64,000 nt of DNA from Terriglobia bacterium (GTDB taxonomy: Bacteria > Acidobacteriota > Terriglobia > 20CM-2-55-15), in contig DASXLG010000202.1 in assembly GCA_036496425.1 (NCBI GenBank), forward strand, positions 69 through 64,068. The letters are read 5' to 3'. Within the stretch, counting starts at the first letter, position 1. Each line of letters opens with the position of its first letter. Below are positions 36,286 through 45,904 of the stretch, piece by piece. The position numbers were made by a program, and so were the translations under genes. The notes beneath the pieces are model-generated. The model was not told the origin of the DNA. It ran no database searches and saw only the letters and a program-made list of their open reading frames with translations.

Positions 36286-37515
36286 TCACGCCGCCTGAAC
36301 GCCGGCTCGCTTCAAGACCCGAAGTAAGCGGGGTTTCATTGCTGGTTCGGCTCGGCCGATGGCCGCCTGGACGAATCCCTCCGCGGCGGCCGTCATTATC
36401 TTTCGTATGAGAAGCATTTCGTCTTTCCTGTCGTTTCGTACCGCTTCCGCGAGCATCTCGTCGAGCACACCGAGATCCTGAAGAATTTCAGCGGCCCCGT
36501 TGCGAGCGAACATATCCCTGGAATCCAGATATGGAATGACGTCGGGCGCAACGGGCGGCCCCATCGCGCGCAGCGCCTGTTTGGCGGCGGCGCGAACCCA
36601 CCATTCTTTGTCGCCCAGTAAGGGCACGACACCGGGGGCAAAGTCGAGTCGTCTTAAATCTCCAAGCGCCTTGACAGCATGAGCGCGGACATACCAAACG
36701 GGATCGTCCAGACGCCGCAAGGCCGACTCCGCAGCCTGCGGACCGCCCGCCTTGCCGAGAGTTTCGATCGCTGCTTTCCGGACTTCCGGATCGCTGTCGT
36801 CCGACGCCAACGCCAGCAAGCGGTTGATTTTCGCGGACCCTGCGTATCGCTGAAGTAGTGTCGCGGCCCAAAACCTTACTTTCGGGTGGCGGTCGGCCAA
36901 TAAGCCCGTCAGAAGGTGGGGTATTGGAATGGAAAGTCGATCGATTTGTGTCGCCGTGCGAGATCGCGAATAGGAGCCAAGCCGAAGGGCCGTGACGAGC
37001 AGACGGGCGCTTCGAAGATCGTTCCTGTGGCCGAGCAGGCTCACTGCTGCACCAACCAGATCATCATCATTCGCAAAGACCGCTTTCTCCAGCAGCTGCT
37101 CTGACGCGGGATGCTCGGCCAGTGCGAGGATCCGCAGCGCTTCGATTCTCAGCCACTTCCCCCCGAGCAACGGCCGCGAGGCTGCTCTTACCAGGCCGCC
37201 TGCGCCCCAGTGTTGCACGACATACATCGCAAAAATGCGAGCCTGCCACGGCAGCGTTCTGCTTTCCACAGCGATTGCTTCGATGGTTTTTCTGGGAAGC
37301 CGCTGCAGAACCGGCAGAATTTCTTCGTGCGTGGCAAGCCTCGACACGAGCTCATGCGTTTCGTTCAGCTGCCGGCGGATGCGCTGCGCCAGGCGTCTCT
37401 GACGGTCGTAGATCAGACGGTTCACAACGAGCGCAAGAGAGATCGCTAACCATATGAGGAACAAAACACCGCATATCCATAGGAAGTAAGGTTCCCAGGC
37501 AGCATAGCGAATCAT
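36286..37515 (-). CDS. HEAT-repeat (PBS-lyase-type) protein with N-terminal TM
   Basis: 409 aa. One N-terminal TM followed by multiple HEAT-like repeats (..DPEVRKAAIETLGKAG.., ..DPVWYVRAHAVKALGDL.., ..KEWWVRAAAKQALRAMG..). ATGA overlap with the YaiO-like gene. Confidence 0.7.
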   Translation of the reverse strand: MIRYAAWEPYFLWICGVLFLIWLAISLALVVNRLIYDRQRRLAQRIRRQLNETHELVSRLATHEEILPVLQRLPRKTIEAIAVESRTLPWQARIFAMYVVQHWGAGGLVRAASRPLLGGKWLRIEALRILALAEHPASEQLLEKAVFANDDDLVGAAVSLLGHRNDLRSARLLVTALRLGSYSRSRTATQIDRLSIPIPHLLTGLLADRHPKVRFWAATLLQRYAGSAKINRLLALASDDSDPEVRKAAIETLGKAGGPQAAESALRRLDDPVWYVRAHAVKALGDLRRLDFAPGVVPLLGDKEWWVRAAAKQALRAMGPPVAPDVIPYLDSRDMFARNGAAEILQDLGVLDEMLAEAVRNDRKDEMLLIRKIMTAAAEGFVQAAIGRAEPAMKPRLLRVLKRAGVQAA

Positions 37516-38294
37516 AGCTTGCGGCGTAGTCCGATGGAGAAACCACGACGGTTATAGAAACGTCCTTCATTCTCTCCCGAAACCGAGAACGATACGGCCC
37601 ATGCCGGCGCAAACCAATGTGTACCGTTGAGATTCATCAGCTTCACGGGAGTCTGCACGACGCCCGCAGGAAAGATGTTATCCAGTTCGCTGCCGGCTGC
37701 GGCATTGAGGCTGATCGAATTGCGGCCGTAGTAGTAGTCTGCCTCCACCCGTGATGTCGAAGAGGCGCCCGCACCTTTGAGGTAGCTCTCGTACAAGGTG
37801 TAAGCCAGGTGGAACGATCGAATGTACTTTTCCACTCCTGCATTCGTGATGTAAACCGACGCACCTTCGTATTTCCGATGCCGGACTCCAGCGTCAGCGC
37901 CCCAGCCGTTGCGAAAGCTGCGGTCGATTTGCCCGAACCCTGACCAGGCAGGCAGGATGTTATGGGTAGGACTGATATCTCCCTCGAAGACTCCGGTCCA
38001 CGAGCGGCCGAGCGGGTAATACAAACCGGCGGTGGCCTGACTATCGAGCATTGAAAAACGGCTCGTCTCGTCAATCGCGCCGTAAAGGACCTTGCGCTCG
38101 CTGAAGTGATGGATGCCCGACACATATGCGTCCCGCCAGGGCGCAAATCCGTTGCTTAGCGTTTCGTAACGGATGCCTGCCTCTGCATCCGTGGTCTGCT
38201 GGAAAGCGGGTGTAGAATCCTGGCCTTCCACCAGGGGCACGGCTGCTAAAAGAGCTGATGCGGCGAGCGGTATAAAGAGCCTAAGCGGAATCAT
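37512..38294 (-). CDS. YaiO-family-like outer-membrane beta-barrel protein
   Basis: 260 aa with a signal peptide. Beta-strand-rich with aromatic girdle residues. Size and pattern are consistent with YaiO-type OMPs. Tentative. Confidence 0.55.
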   Translation of the reverse strand: MIPLRLFIPLAASALLAAVPLVEGQDSTPAFQQTTDAEAGIRYETLSNGFAPWRDAYVSGIHHFSERKVLYGAIDETSRFSMLDSQATAGLYYPLGRSWTGVFEGDISPTHNILPAWSGFGQIDRSFRNGWGADAGVRHRKYEGASVYITNAGVEKYIRSFHLAYTLYESYLKGAGASSTSRVEADYYYGRNSISLNAAAGSELDNIFPAGVVQTPVKLMNLNGTHWFAPAWAVSFSVSGENEGRFYNRRGFSIGLRRKL

Positions 38295-38297
38295 GGT

Positions 38298-39281
38298 TCA
38301 TGCCGCCGGCGTTTGCTCCAACCGGTGCGCCATATCGTTTGCCACTGAACGGATGATCGCGTCGATCGAAGTGGTTGGCCTGTAGCCGGTGATCCGTTCC
38401 AGCTTCTCGAGTGACGGAACACGGCGAAACACGTCTTCGAATCCGGGACCGTAGACCTCTTCGTAAGGAATGTGCGTGATTTCGGACGATGAATTCGTGA
38501 TCTGCTTCACCGCGGCGGCAAGATCATTGATGCTGATTTCCTGATCGTTCCCGATATTGACGACATCACCGACCATTTCGGTGGACCTGGCAACGCGGAC
38601 TAATGCTTCGACGATATCCGCAACGTAGCCGAAACACCGCCGTTGCTCGCCGGATCCATATACCGTCAAGGGATCGCCCAGGAGTGCCTCCCGGACGAGA
38701 TTGGGTACGACCATTCCGTAACGAGCGGTCTGGCGCGGCCCAACCGTGTTAAAGAATCGGACGACGGTCACAGGTACGTTGCGCTCGGTCCAGTAAGCGA
38801 ATCCGAGAAACTCATCCAGCATTTTGGAGCAGGCATAACTCCACCGTCCGTTGTGCGTTTCGCCCATGATGAGGTTCTGGTCTTCACGGAACGGAACCGC
38901 TTCGCTCTTGCCGTAGACCTCTGAAGATGAAGCGATCACCACGCGCTTCTGTTTTTTCGCGGCAGCCCGCAGGACGGTCTCGGTTCCGCCGAAATTCGTT
39001 TCGATCGTCCGGATCAGATTATGGACCACCAGACGCACACCGACGGCAGCCGCGAGATGAAAAATGACGTCCGCGCTATCCACCAGCTCGGCGACGAGTG
39101 GAGCATTGAAAACGGAATCAATATGATAGGAAAAGGATCCGCACGATCGAAGTGAAGCGATGTTCTCAAAAGCTCCCGTCGAAAGGTCATCGATGACAGC
39201 TACGTTCCACCCCTGCTTGACACAACGTTCAGACAGATGTGAGCCAATAAAACCTGCGCCGCCCGTAATCAGTATATTCAC
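38298..39281 (-). CDS. SDR-family NAD-dependent epimerase/dehydratase (nucleotide-sugar)
   Basis: MNILITGGAGFIGSHL... Carries the YxxxK catalytic motif (YACSK). Confidence 0.9.
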   Translation of the reverse strand: MNILITGGAGFIGSHLSERCVKQGWNVAVIDDLSTGAFENIASLRSCGSFSYHIDSVFNAPLVAELVDSADVIFHLAAAVGVRLVVHNLIRTIETNFGGTETVLRAAAKKQKRVVIASSSEVYGKSEAVPFREDQNLIMGETHNGRWSYACSKMLDEFLGFAYWTERNVPVTVVRFFNTVGPRQTARYGMVVPNLVREALLGDPLTVYGSGEQRRCFGYVADIVEALVRVARSTEMVGDVVNIGNDQEISINDLAAAVKQITNSSSEITHIPYEEVYGPGFEDVFRRVPSLEKLERITGYRPTTSIDAIIRSVANDMAHRLEQTPAA

Positions 39282-39339
39282 GGCTCCGTTCCTTGGAATG
39301 GCATCCTGCCGTTGGTAATGTCATTAAAAATGAAGCATG

Positions 39340-39381
39340 TTGCGTTCCACGGGTCACCCGCAGTTATAATGCGCCCGCAGC
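39340..39381 (+). promoter_or_regulatory. candidate sigma70-type promoter for the STAS/Mla-like operon (near-leaderless)
   Basis: TTGCGT - 18/19 nt - TATAAT, with the -10 element only 11 nt upstream of the ATG at 39382. No SD is present. Confidence 0.35.
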
Positions 39382-39732
39382 ATGAGTTCAACACGAACAC
39401 TGAACTTCGTCATCCGCGTTCTGAATCCGCAGACCACTGTTATCGATCTTGAAGGTGGAATCGATCTCCGGAACTCGCACGGTTTGCGGACCACGCTGTT
39501 CGAAAAACTCTCAACCACCTCACGGCTCGCGTTGAATATGTCGGGTATCGGGTACATCGATAGTTCGGGCATCGCAACACTGGTCGAAACGCTGAAAAAA
39601 GCCCAAGGCCTCCAAAAGGATTTCGTCCTGTTCGGATTGGGTCAGCGTGTTTACGATGTCCTGAAACTGACAAACCTTCTTGGAGTCTTCCAGGTTTTCG
39701 ACACCGAAGAACACGCTTTGCAGGGCAAATAG
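39382..39732 (+). CDS. STAS domain protein (anti-sigma-antagonist / MlaB-like)
   Basis: 116 aa. STAS fold pattern (...LNMSGIGYIDSSGIATLVETLKKAQ...). Confidence 0.7.
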   Translation: MSSTRTLNFVIRVLNPQTTVIDLEGGIDLRNSHGLRTTLFEKLSTTSRLALNMSGIGYIDSSGIATLVETLKKAQGLQKDFVLFGLGQRVYDVLKLTNLLGVFQVFDTEEHALQGK

Positions 39733-39736
39733 CCGA

Positions 39737-40531
39737 ATGGAACTTCTGCTGAACCTCGGCGCCGCCACGGAAAGAGCTCTGGCTTATATCGGCGGGCTGG
39801 CCCAACTGCTGGGCCGGGCATTCGCCCATGCTGTCGTTTCGCCGCTGAAACGCAGCATGAGTCTTCGGCGCGCGAACCATCAGGCGATGGCCGTTGGAGT
39901 GAGCGCTATTCCAGTCATTTCCTTCATAGCATTTTTCATCGGCGTCATCATGGCGTTGCAGGGCGCGTACGAGTTAAAGAGGTTCGGGGCCATCCATCTC
40001 ATCGCGGACATGGTTGCGATTTCGATCACCCGCGAACTTGGACCTCTGGTAACCGCTATCGTAGTGGTCGGCCGCTCCGGGTCGGCTTTTGCGGCCGAGA
40101 TCGGCACCATGAAAGTGACCGAAGAACTGGACGCGATCGAAACAATGGCGCTGCATCCGATAGCATTTCTTGTCACGCCCAAGTTGCTTGCCATGCTGGT
40201 CATGATGCCGTGTCTGACGATATGGGCAGATCTTATGGGCGTTCTGGGCGGGAGCGCTTTTGGAATGATCGGGGCGAACTACACGTTCGGAACCTATCTG
40301 GCCGCGACGCGTGATGCCCTATTCATGCGCGACGTCATCACCGGACTGATTAAGAGCGTCGTATTTGGACTTGTCATTACTGGAGTCGGCTGCCAGGAAG
40401 GTTTCTCGACCGGTGCAGGCTCGGAGCAGGTCGGCCGCTCGACGACCTCGGCGGTGGTGACATCCATTTTTCTGGTGGTTTTCGTCGACCTGATCTTCAC
40501 CACAATCTTCTACATCACGAGCGGGACGTAA
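39737..40531 (+). CDS. MlaE-family ABC transporter permease
   Basis: Trimmed to the ATG at 39737, 5 nt after the STAS stop. Conserved MlaE/YrbE blocks (GPLVTAIVVVGRSGSAFAAEIGTMKVTEELDA). Confidence 0.85.
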   Translation: MELLLNLGAATERALAYIGGLAQLLGRAFAHAVVSPLKRSMSLRRANHQAMAVGVSAIPVISFIAFFIGVIMALQGAYELKRFGAIHLIADMVAISITRELGPLVTAIVVVGRSGSAFAAEIGTMKVTEELDAIETMALHPIAFLVTPKLLAMLVMMPCLTIWADLMGVLGGSAFGMIGANYTFGTYLAATRDALFMRDVITGLIKSVVFGLVITGVGCQEGFSTGAGSEQVGRSTTSAVVTSIFLVVFVDLIFTTIFYITSGT

Positions 40532-41328
40532 TGTCATCGAATGAGGAACCGGTCATCTCCGGTCGAGATCTGCGCGTTCAGTACGGCGACCGCGAGATTC
40601 TGCACGGCGTCAATTTCGACGTGAATGCGCGCGAGACAATCGTGATCCTGGGAGGATCGGGGTCGGGCAAAAGCACGCTGCTGAGAACGATGGTGGGGCT
40701 GGAAAGACCCACGTCGGGCAGCGTTTGGGTTCAGGGTACGAATCTCGCCACCGCTTCAGCTGACGAAATGGATGAAGTACGAAAAAAGATCGGACTTTCC
40801 TTTCAGGGAGGCGCCCTCATCGGGTCGATGACGGTGGGGGAAAACGTGGCCCTGCCGCTGCGGGAACATACGGACCTGGAGGAATCCACCATCGAAGTGA
40901 TGGTTCGCATCAAACTTCAGCAGGTCGGCTTGATCAAGTTTCAGCATTTCATGCCATCGCAGCTCAGCGGCGGAATGAAAAAAAGAGCGGCGGTCGCGCG
41001 GGCGATGGCGATGGATCCGGAGATTCTGTTTTTCGATGAGCCCTCGGCCGGCCTGGATCCGGTCATTGCCGCCGGCATCGATCAACTTATTCTGAATTTG
41101 AAGCAGGCCCTCGCTGTTACGATTGTCGTGGTCACTCATGAACTGGCGAGCGCTTTTCTGATCGCGGATCGGATCATTGTCCTGGATGCCGGCCATATTA
41201 TCGCCGCCGTGCCGCCGGATGATCTGAAAAAGAGCAGCCACCCGCGGATTCAGCAGTTTCTGAACCGCGTCGCGGATACGGAGGCGGGAGACGACGTCGA
41301 TCATCTGCGGCAATTGTTTACGGATTAA
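40531..41328 (+). CDS. ABC transporter ATP-binding protein (MlaF-like)
   Basis: Walker A (GGSGSGKST), ABC signature (LSGGMKKR) and Walker B. 1-nt overlap with MlaE. Confidence 0.9.
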   Translation: MSSNEEPVISGRDLRVQYGDREILHGVNFDVNARETIVILGGSGSGKSTLLRTMVGLERPTSGSVWVQGTNLATASADEMDEVRKKIGLSFQGGALIGSMTVGENVALPLREHTDLEESTIEVMVRIKLQQVGLIKFQHFMPSQLSGGMKKRAAVARAMAMDPEILFFDEPSAGLDPVIAAGIDQLILNLKQALAVTIVVVTHELASAFLIADRIIVLDAGHIIAAVPPDDLKKSSHPRIQQFLNRVADTEAGDDVDHLRQLFTD

Positions 41329-41346
41329 TCGGAGTCTGGAGCGAAG

Positions 41347-42372
41347 ATGAGGCCTGAGCGCGAACGTGTACTGGTCGGACTTTTTGTGGTGGTAGCCGCC
41401 GGTGTGCTCGCCGGCACGGCGATTGCGGTCTGGGGCGGAATAGGAGGTTCGCAGGTTTCTCACCGGATGTACCTGAAATTCAGCGGCGGCGTGCAATCGG
41501 GAACACCTGTTCGTTACGGCGGCCTGAAGGTCGGAACCGTTGAACGTGTACAGGTCGATCCCGGCGACTCGACCCGAATCGAGCTTGATCTCAATGTCGA
41601 TCCGAATGCCCCGATCAAGACAGATAGCGTCGCGCGCTTATCCGCGCTCGGCCTGCTGAGTGATTACTACGTTGAAATTTCCACCGGAACGCCGCAGGCG
41701 GGAAGGGCTGCTCCCGGCAGCGTGCTCCGTTCAGTGGAAGCCACGGGAATGGCCAATATCGGGGATACCATCGACAGTCTGGCTCCCCAGATCCACGACG
41801 CGCTGGATAAGTTGACGCGCAATCTCGACGGCCTGCAGACCACGGTCGCGAGTGCGAACGATCTGCTCAATGAGCGCAATCGCGCGAATATCGGACAGGC
41901 CCTCGCACGCACAAACGATTTGCTGAACGACAGTAATCGGGCACACATTGCGGACTCACTCAACAACTTCAATCAACTTCTGGCCGAGACGCGGCCGAAG
42001 ATCTCCGCCAGCCTGGACAATATCAACAGCACGATGGAACACCTGACGCCCTTACTCGAAGATGCGCAGAAAACCTCGGCGCGTGTGGATCAAACACTTT
42101 CGAACGTCAACTCAATGCTGACCGAGGATCGTCCGGACTTGAAGGCTTCGCTCTCGGAGATGCGTGAAGTGCTGGAAACGGCGAAAACGACGGTTGATCA
42201 ACTACAAGGCATTTTGAATCAAAACGACGCCAATATTTACGAAATCCTGGAGAACATGCGTTCGTCGGCAGGAAATATCCGGAGTCTGACCGAAACGATC
42301 AAGACCAGCCCTGCAAGTCTGATTCGCGGAGTTAAAGTGGATGACCGGAAACCAGGGGGAGCCCGCAAATGA
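41347..42372 (+). CDS. MCE-domain protein (MlaD-like) with long C-terminal helical extension
   Basis: N-terminal TM, an MCE domain and then a long repetitive helical region (NDLLNERNRANIGQAL / NDLLNDSNRAHIADSL repeats). Confidence 0.85.
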   Translation: MRPERERVLVGLFVVVAAGVLAGTAIAVWGGIGGSQVSHRMYLKFSGGVQSGTPVRYGGLKVGTVERVQVDPGDSTRIELDLNVDPNAPIKTDSVARLSALGLLSDYYVEISTGTPQAGRAAPGSVLRSVEATGMANIGDTIDSLAPQIHDALDKLTRNLDGLQTTVASANDLLNERNRANIGQALARTNDLLNDSNRAHIADSLNNFNQLLAETRPKISASLDNINSTMEHLTPLLEDAQKTSARVDQTLSNVNSMLTEDRPDLKASLSEMREVLETAKTTVDQLQGILNQNDANIYEILENMRSSAGNIRSLTETIKTSPASLIRGVKVDDRKPGGARK

Positions 42373-42971
42373 GAGCGTCCCGCGTCCTGATGACCGCAAT
42401 CCTGTCTGTTATCGTCACAGCCTGCGGCGCCATGCGGCCGATCAAGTATTATCAGCTCGAAATGCCGCCGCCATCTTCCGCTTCCACGGTTCCGGAATTC
42501 AACGTTGCGCTGCAAGTCGGGAGTATTGATTCTCCCCCGATCATGCGGGATGGCCGGATTCTTTATCAGGTTGGCACTCACGAAGTGGGTACGTACGAAT
42601 ATCATCGCTGGGTGGAGACGCCGGACCGCGTGGTTCAGGATTCACTCGTCCGGCTCCTGCGTTCATCCGGGAAATTCCAGTCGGTGGATACGGCGCGCAA
42701 CAACGTTAAGCCCGACTATGTGGTCCAGGGAAAGATCTACGAATTCTCTGAAATGGATAAACCGCAGGTCTTCGCCCGGGTGTCTCTCGAAATCGAACTC
42801 CATGATGCAAAAACCGGGCGAACGGTCTGGTCCCGGCTTTACACGAACGAAGAATCCGTCGACGGGAAGGAAGTGACGGACGTTGTCCACGCTCTGGATC
42901 AGAACCTTGGCCGCGGACTCTCGGGGATCGTTACAGGGCTGAATCAGTACTTCGCCGGCCGCGCTCGATAA
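42369..42971 (+). CDS. ABC-type transport auxiliary lipoprotein (PqiC/DUF330-like)
   Basis: Lipobox VTAC. 200 aa. 4-nt overlap with the MCE gene. Confidence 0.7.
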   Translation: MRASRVLMTAILSVIVTACGAMRPIKYYQLEMPPPSSASTVPEFNVALQVGSIDSPPIMRDGRILYQVGTHEVGTYEYHRWVETPDRVVQDSLVRLLRSSGKFQSVDTARNNVKPDYVVQGKIYEFSEMDKPQVFARVSLEIELHDAKTGRTVWSRLYTNEESVDGKEVTDVVHALDQNLGRGLSGIVTGLNQYFAGRAR

Positions 42972-43187
42972 GCACGCGAGGGACGTTATGGACTCTGACG
43001 AGAAACCGAACGCGGGAGAAACATCGTCCGCAGACGACGCAACGCTCCAGCTGACGCGCGAGATCAAGCAACAAGCGGATGCCACCATCGTCACAAACGC
43101 TACTTCCATACGCACACCCACCGAAGACCGCCGATCCGTACTCGCAGCGGTTCAATTCTCAGTTAAGAGCTAAAGTTCTTCAGAGAT

Positions 43188-43541
43188 TTGTCGATATCAA
43201 GGTGCATGAGTATCCAGGCACTTTGCGGACTGTCATTGTTAATCGCTTCAATCCTTCCCGTATTTTTGATCGGCATTGCGATACCGCCGCTAAGGGACCG
43301 TAAAGCCTCTGTATTAAGTAAGATTGGCGGATGGGCCTTGATGGCTGCCGGCGTCAGCTGGGCGATAATCGACGGTTTGATCGCGAACCTCTTCTGGGCC
43401 TACAGCCCTCAATATCTGGTGATGACACTCTTTGCGGTCGGCGGATTCATGGTATTTGCCGGCGTGCTCTACCGGCTGATCCACAGAAGCTGGAGCCTGC
43501 CTCAGGCTGAAGTTCGCCACGAGAAAGCTCTGCACATCTGA
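43188..43541 (+). CDS. small membrane protein (hypothetical)
   Basis: 117 aa with 3-4 predicted TM segments. GC is about 48%, lower than the surrounding DNA. Confidence 0.4.
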   Translation: MSISRCMSIQALCGLSLLIASILPVFLIGIAIPPLRDRKASVLSKIGGWALMAAGVSWAIIDGLIANLFWAYSPQYLVMTLFAVGGFMVFAGVLYRLIHRSWSLPQAEVRHEKALHI

Positions 43542-43571
43542 TTGCCCTTAGCGGCATTCGACCGAATGGGA

Positions 43572-43663
43572 TCTGTAGTCGCGGACTTTAGCCCGCGTTC
43601 CGCCCTCGCCCGGCAACATAGTGGTCGAGACTGGAACGCGGGCTGAAGCCCGCGACTACATCT
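43572..43663. repeat. ~92-nt inverted-repeat element (TGTAGTCGCGG...CCGCGACTACA arms)
   Basis: ~29-nt arms with 3 mismatches, separated by ~30 nt. Each arm also contains an internal GCGGGCT..AGCCCGC hairpin. Confidence 0.55.
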
Positions 43664-43723
43664 TTGGCGCGCTGCTCATTCGTATCGGGACTATAAAGGT
43701 CCGCTCCAGAGCGGACGATATGA

Positions 43724-44971
43724 GTGGGCATGGTGGTTTCAACGGGAAAGTTTATCAGGACCCTCGGAGATACGAAGCGAATTCTGTTTGTCGATGATGA
43801 ACCAGCTGTGCTGGATGGTCAGCGGAAAGCTTTCGAACCGTATCATGGCCAGGTGGAGTGCCTGTTCGCTCTGGGCGCGGCTGCCGCTCTCAAGACGCTT
43901 CAGCAGACGCATGTAGACGTCGTCGTCGCCGACATGCACATGCCGGAGATCGACGGTCCCGAACTCCTCCGGATCGTAAAGGCCGAATATCCGGAAATTG
44001 TCCGCTGCATGGCATGTCCGCGCCATGAGATGCACTCCACATATTTCGCTCTCATGACGGTACAGCAGATTCTCGCGAAACCATTGGATCCCGCGGCAGT
44101 CATGGATATGGTCGAACGCGCCTGCCGCCTGCGTGAGCTGATGACGGATTCGCTGCGCAAAAAGATAGGCGGTGTTGGACAACTTCCGCCCATACCGGCA
44201 GTGTATTCGGAATTGTCAGCCGCAATGGCCGGGCCCGAAGTATCGAGTGGGAAAATCGCCGCGATTCTTGAAAAGGACCCGGCGATGGCCGCCAAAGTTC
44301 TCCAGTTGGTCAACTCCGCCTGTTTCGGTACGTTGAAGCACATCGGAAAGCTGGAACATGCCGTCGCGTATCTGGGAATGGATCTCATCAGAGATCTCTC
44401 GCTTACAGCCCAGCTATTCGTGGATCTTCAAACAATCGCCAGACAATCCGGTTTTTCATTCGAGGGTGAACAACAGCACTCTTTGCTTGTTGCGCGCGTG
44501 GCCAAACGACTCCTGACCCGTCCCGCGCAGGCACGAGAGGCGTTCACCGCCGGTTTGCTGCACGATATCGGAAAGCTCGTCCTGGCGGTATGTATACCAA
44601 AGGATTATTCGGAAGCGCACCGCGCGTGGAAGACAACCGGGCGCGCGCTGCACGAAGTGGAATATGAGGTGTTGGGCTTTACTCATTCCGAAGCAGGCGC
44701 TTACCTATTAGGGTTATGGGGACTGCCGGCCGCGATCGTTGAGGCGGTTGCCTTTCATCACAATCCCGGCGCGGCGCTTGAGCAGAGCTTCGGTGTTTCC
44801 AGCGCGGTGAGCCTGGCGAACAGCCTCGTCGACGAAACGGCAATAAACAGTTCTGCCGGCATTATGGAACACTTGCAAGCGCTCGGAGTGGCCGATAATC
44901 TTCCGGTTTGGACGGATGTGGCGCAGGAGGAAGTGCAACAGGTCCGGCCGGAAAGAGTGTTCGTCCAATAA
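43724..44971 (+). CDS. response-regulator receiver + HDOD domain protein
   Basis: REC domain (ILFVDDEPAVLD...VVVADMHMPEIDGPELL) followed by an HDOD domain (GLLHDIGKLVLAV). Confidence 0.8.
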   Translation: MGMVVSTGKFIRTLGDTKRILFVDDEPAVLDGQRKAFEPYHGQVECLFALGAAAALKTLQQTHVDVVVADMHMPEIDGPELLRIVKAEYPEIVRCMACPRHEMHSTYFALMTVQQILAKPLDPAAVMDMVERACRLRELMTDSLRKKIGGVGQLPPIPAVYSELSAAMAGPEVSSGKIAAILEKDPAMAAKVLQLVNSACFGTLKHIGKLEHAVAYLGMDLIRDLSLTAQLFVDLQTIARQSGFSFEGEQQHSLLVARVAKRLLTRPAQAREAFTAGLLHDIGKLVLAVCIPKDYSEAHRAWKTTGRALHEVEYEVLGFTHSEAGAYLLGLWGLPAAIVEAVAFHHNPGAALEQSFGVSSAVSLANSLVDETAINSSAGIMEHLQALGVADNLPVWTDVAQEEVQQVRPERVFVQ

Positions 44972-45078
44972 GCGCGGCAGAACAATACAGTCGATCCCAA
45001 GCTCCGCGAATCGTGGGCGCCGGAGGTCGCGAACTGCGGAAACATGGTGGCATTCGGGCCTCCGATCAATCCATTGCG

Positions 45079-45498
45079 TCAGGAAGTTTTCGATTTCACC
45101 AGCTGCGTCCAATTGAGAGTCTGAAGGGGCGAATGTTCGGCAATGGCCTCGAAATCCGTGTCGCAGTGGACGAGGGTGGCATGATGGGCGATAGCCATGG
45201 TCGCGATGAGACAGTCGGTGGCGGTAGGCGTGACGCCGGCTTTTCGCAATTTAGCGGCGAGTATCCAAGCCTCATGCCACTGCCCATCGCTAAAGCCCGG
45301 CCGCTCCAACGCTTCGAATCGGCGAAGCAGAGTATCCGCCCTTTCGGTCTTTCGAATCCCGCACATTAACTCGAGGATGATCAACTCGGTAATCATGACT
45401 TGACCTGCGAGAATCAGAGGCCGCAGCGCCGCCTGGATGGCAGGCGCTCCGGGCCGCCGCAGCGTTTGAATCCAAACGGAAGTATCAACGAGATGCAT
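45079..45498 (-). CDS. vapC: type II toxin VapC (PIN domain)
   Basis: 139 aa. PIN acidic residues (MHLVDTSVWI..., ...HCDTDF...). Overlaps the antitoxin by 14 nt. Confidence 0.85.
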   Translation of the reverse strand: MHLVDTSVWIQTLRRPGAPAIQAALRPLILAGQVMITELIILELMCGIRKTERADTLLRRFEALERPGFSDGQWHEAWILAAKLRKAGVTPTATDCLIATMAIAHHATLVHCDTDFEAIAEHSPLQTLNWTQLVKSKTS

Positions 45499-45706
45499 TG
45501 TGAGTCCGTTTACGCCGCATCCGCTTGAGTTTTTCTGGAGTCAGATCAAGATCGACTTTTCCGAAGGAATCGACGAGATCCTGCAGCGCCTGCTGACGAA
45601 CAACGCGACGCAGGCTCTCTTCAACCGTATCTTTTATTGTCTCCTTGCCAAGGATGCGTCGCGCTTTGTCGAGCAAGCGCTCGTCCATCTCGACAGTCGT
45701 TTTCAA
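45485..45706 (-). CDS. vapB: type II antitoxin VapB
   Basis: TTG start 6 nt after AGGAGGA, giving (M)KTTVEMDERLLDKARRILGKETIKDTVEESLRRVV..., the classic VapB N-terminus. About 73 aa. Confidence 0.7.
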   Translation of the reverse strand: MKTTVEMDERLLDKARRILGKETIKDTVEESLRRVVRQQALQDLVDSFGKVDLDLTPEKLKRMRRKRTHNASR

Positions 45707-45904
45707 TATATCCTCCTGAACCTGATTATATATCTGGATCATGTAAATTGAGATATACGCCTGAGAACGGTAATCTACAAAGTGTGCTTCGCATTTCCAG
45801 CGGAGGTCCACGCGTTCCTGAAGAGCTAATCATGTCCGCTTGCTCTCTCTCACCGATTTCGTGAAATAATCACAACATCCGATGTCAGGTGCGATATTTC
45901 GAAA

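Noticed and set aside
42988-43173. 61-aa ORF between the Mla-like operon and the small membrane protein
   Set aside because: No SD and no recognisable motif. The size is at the noise level for this GC content.
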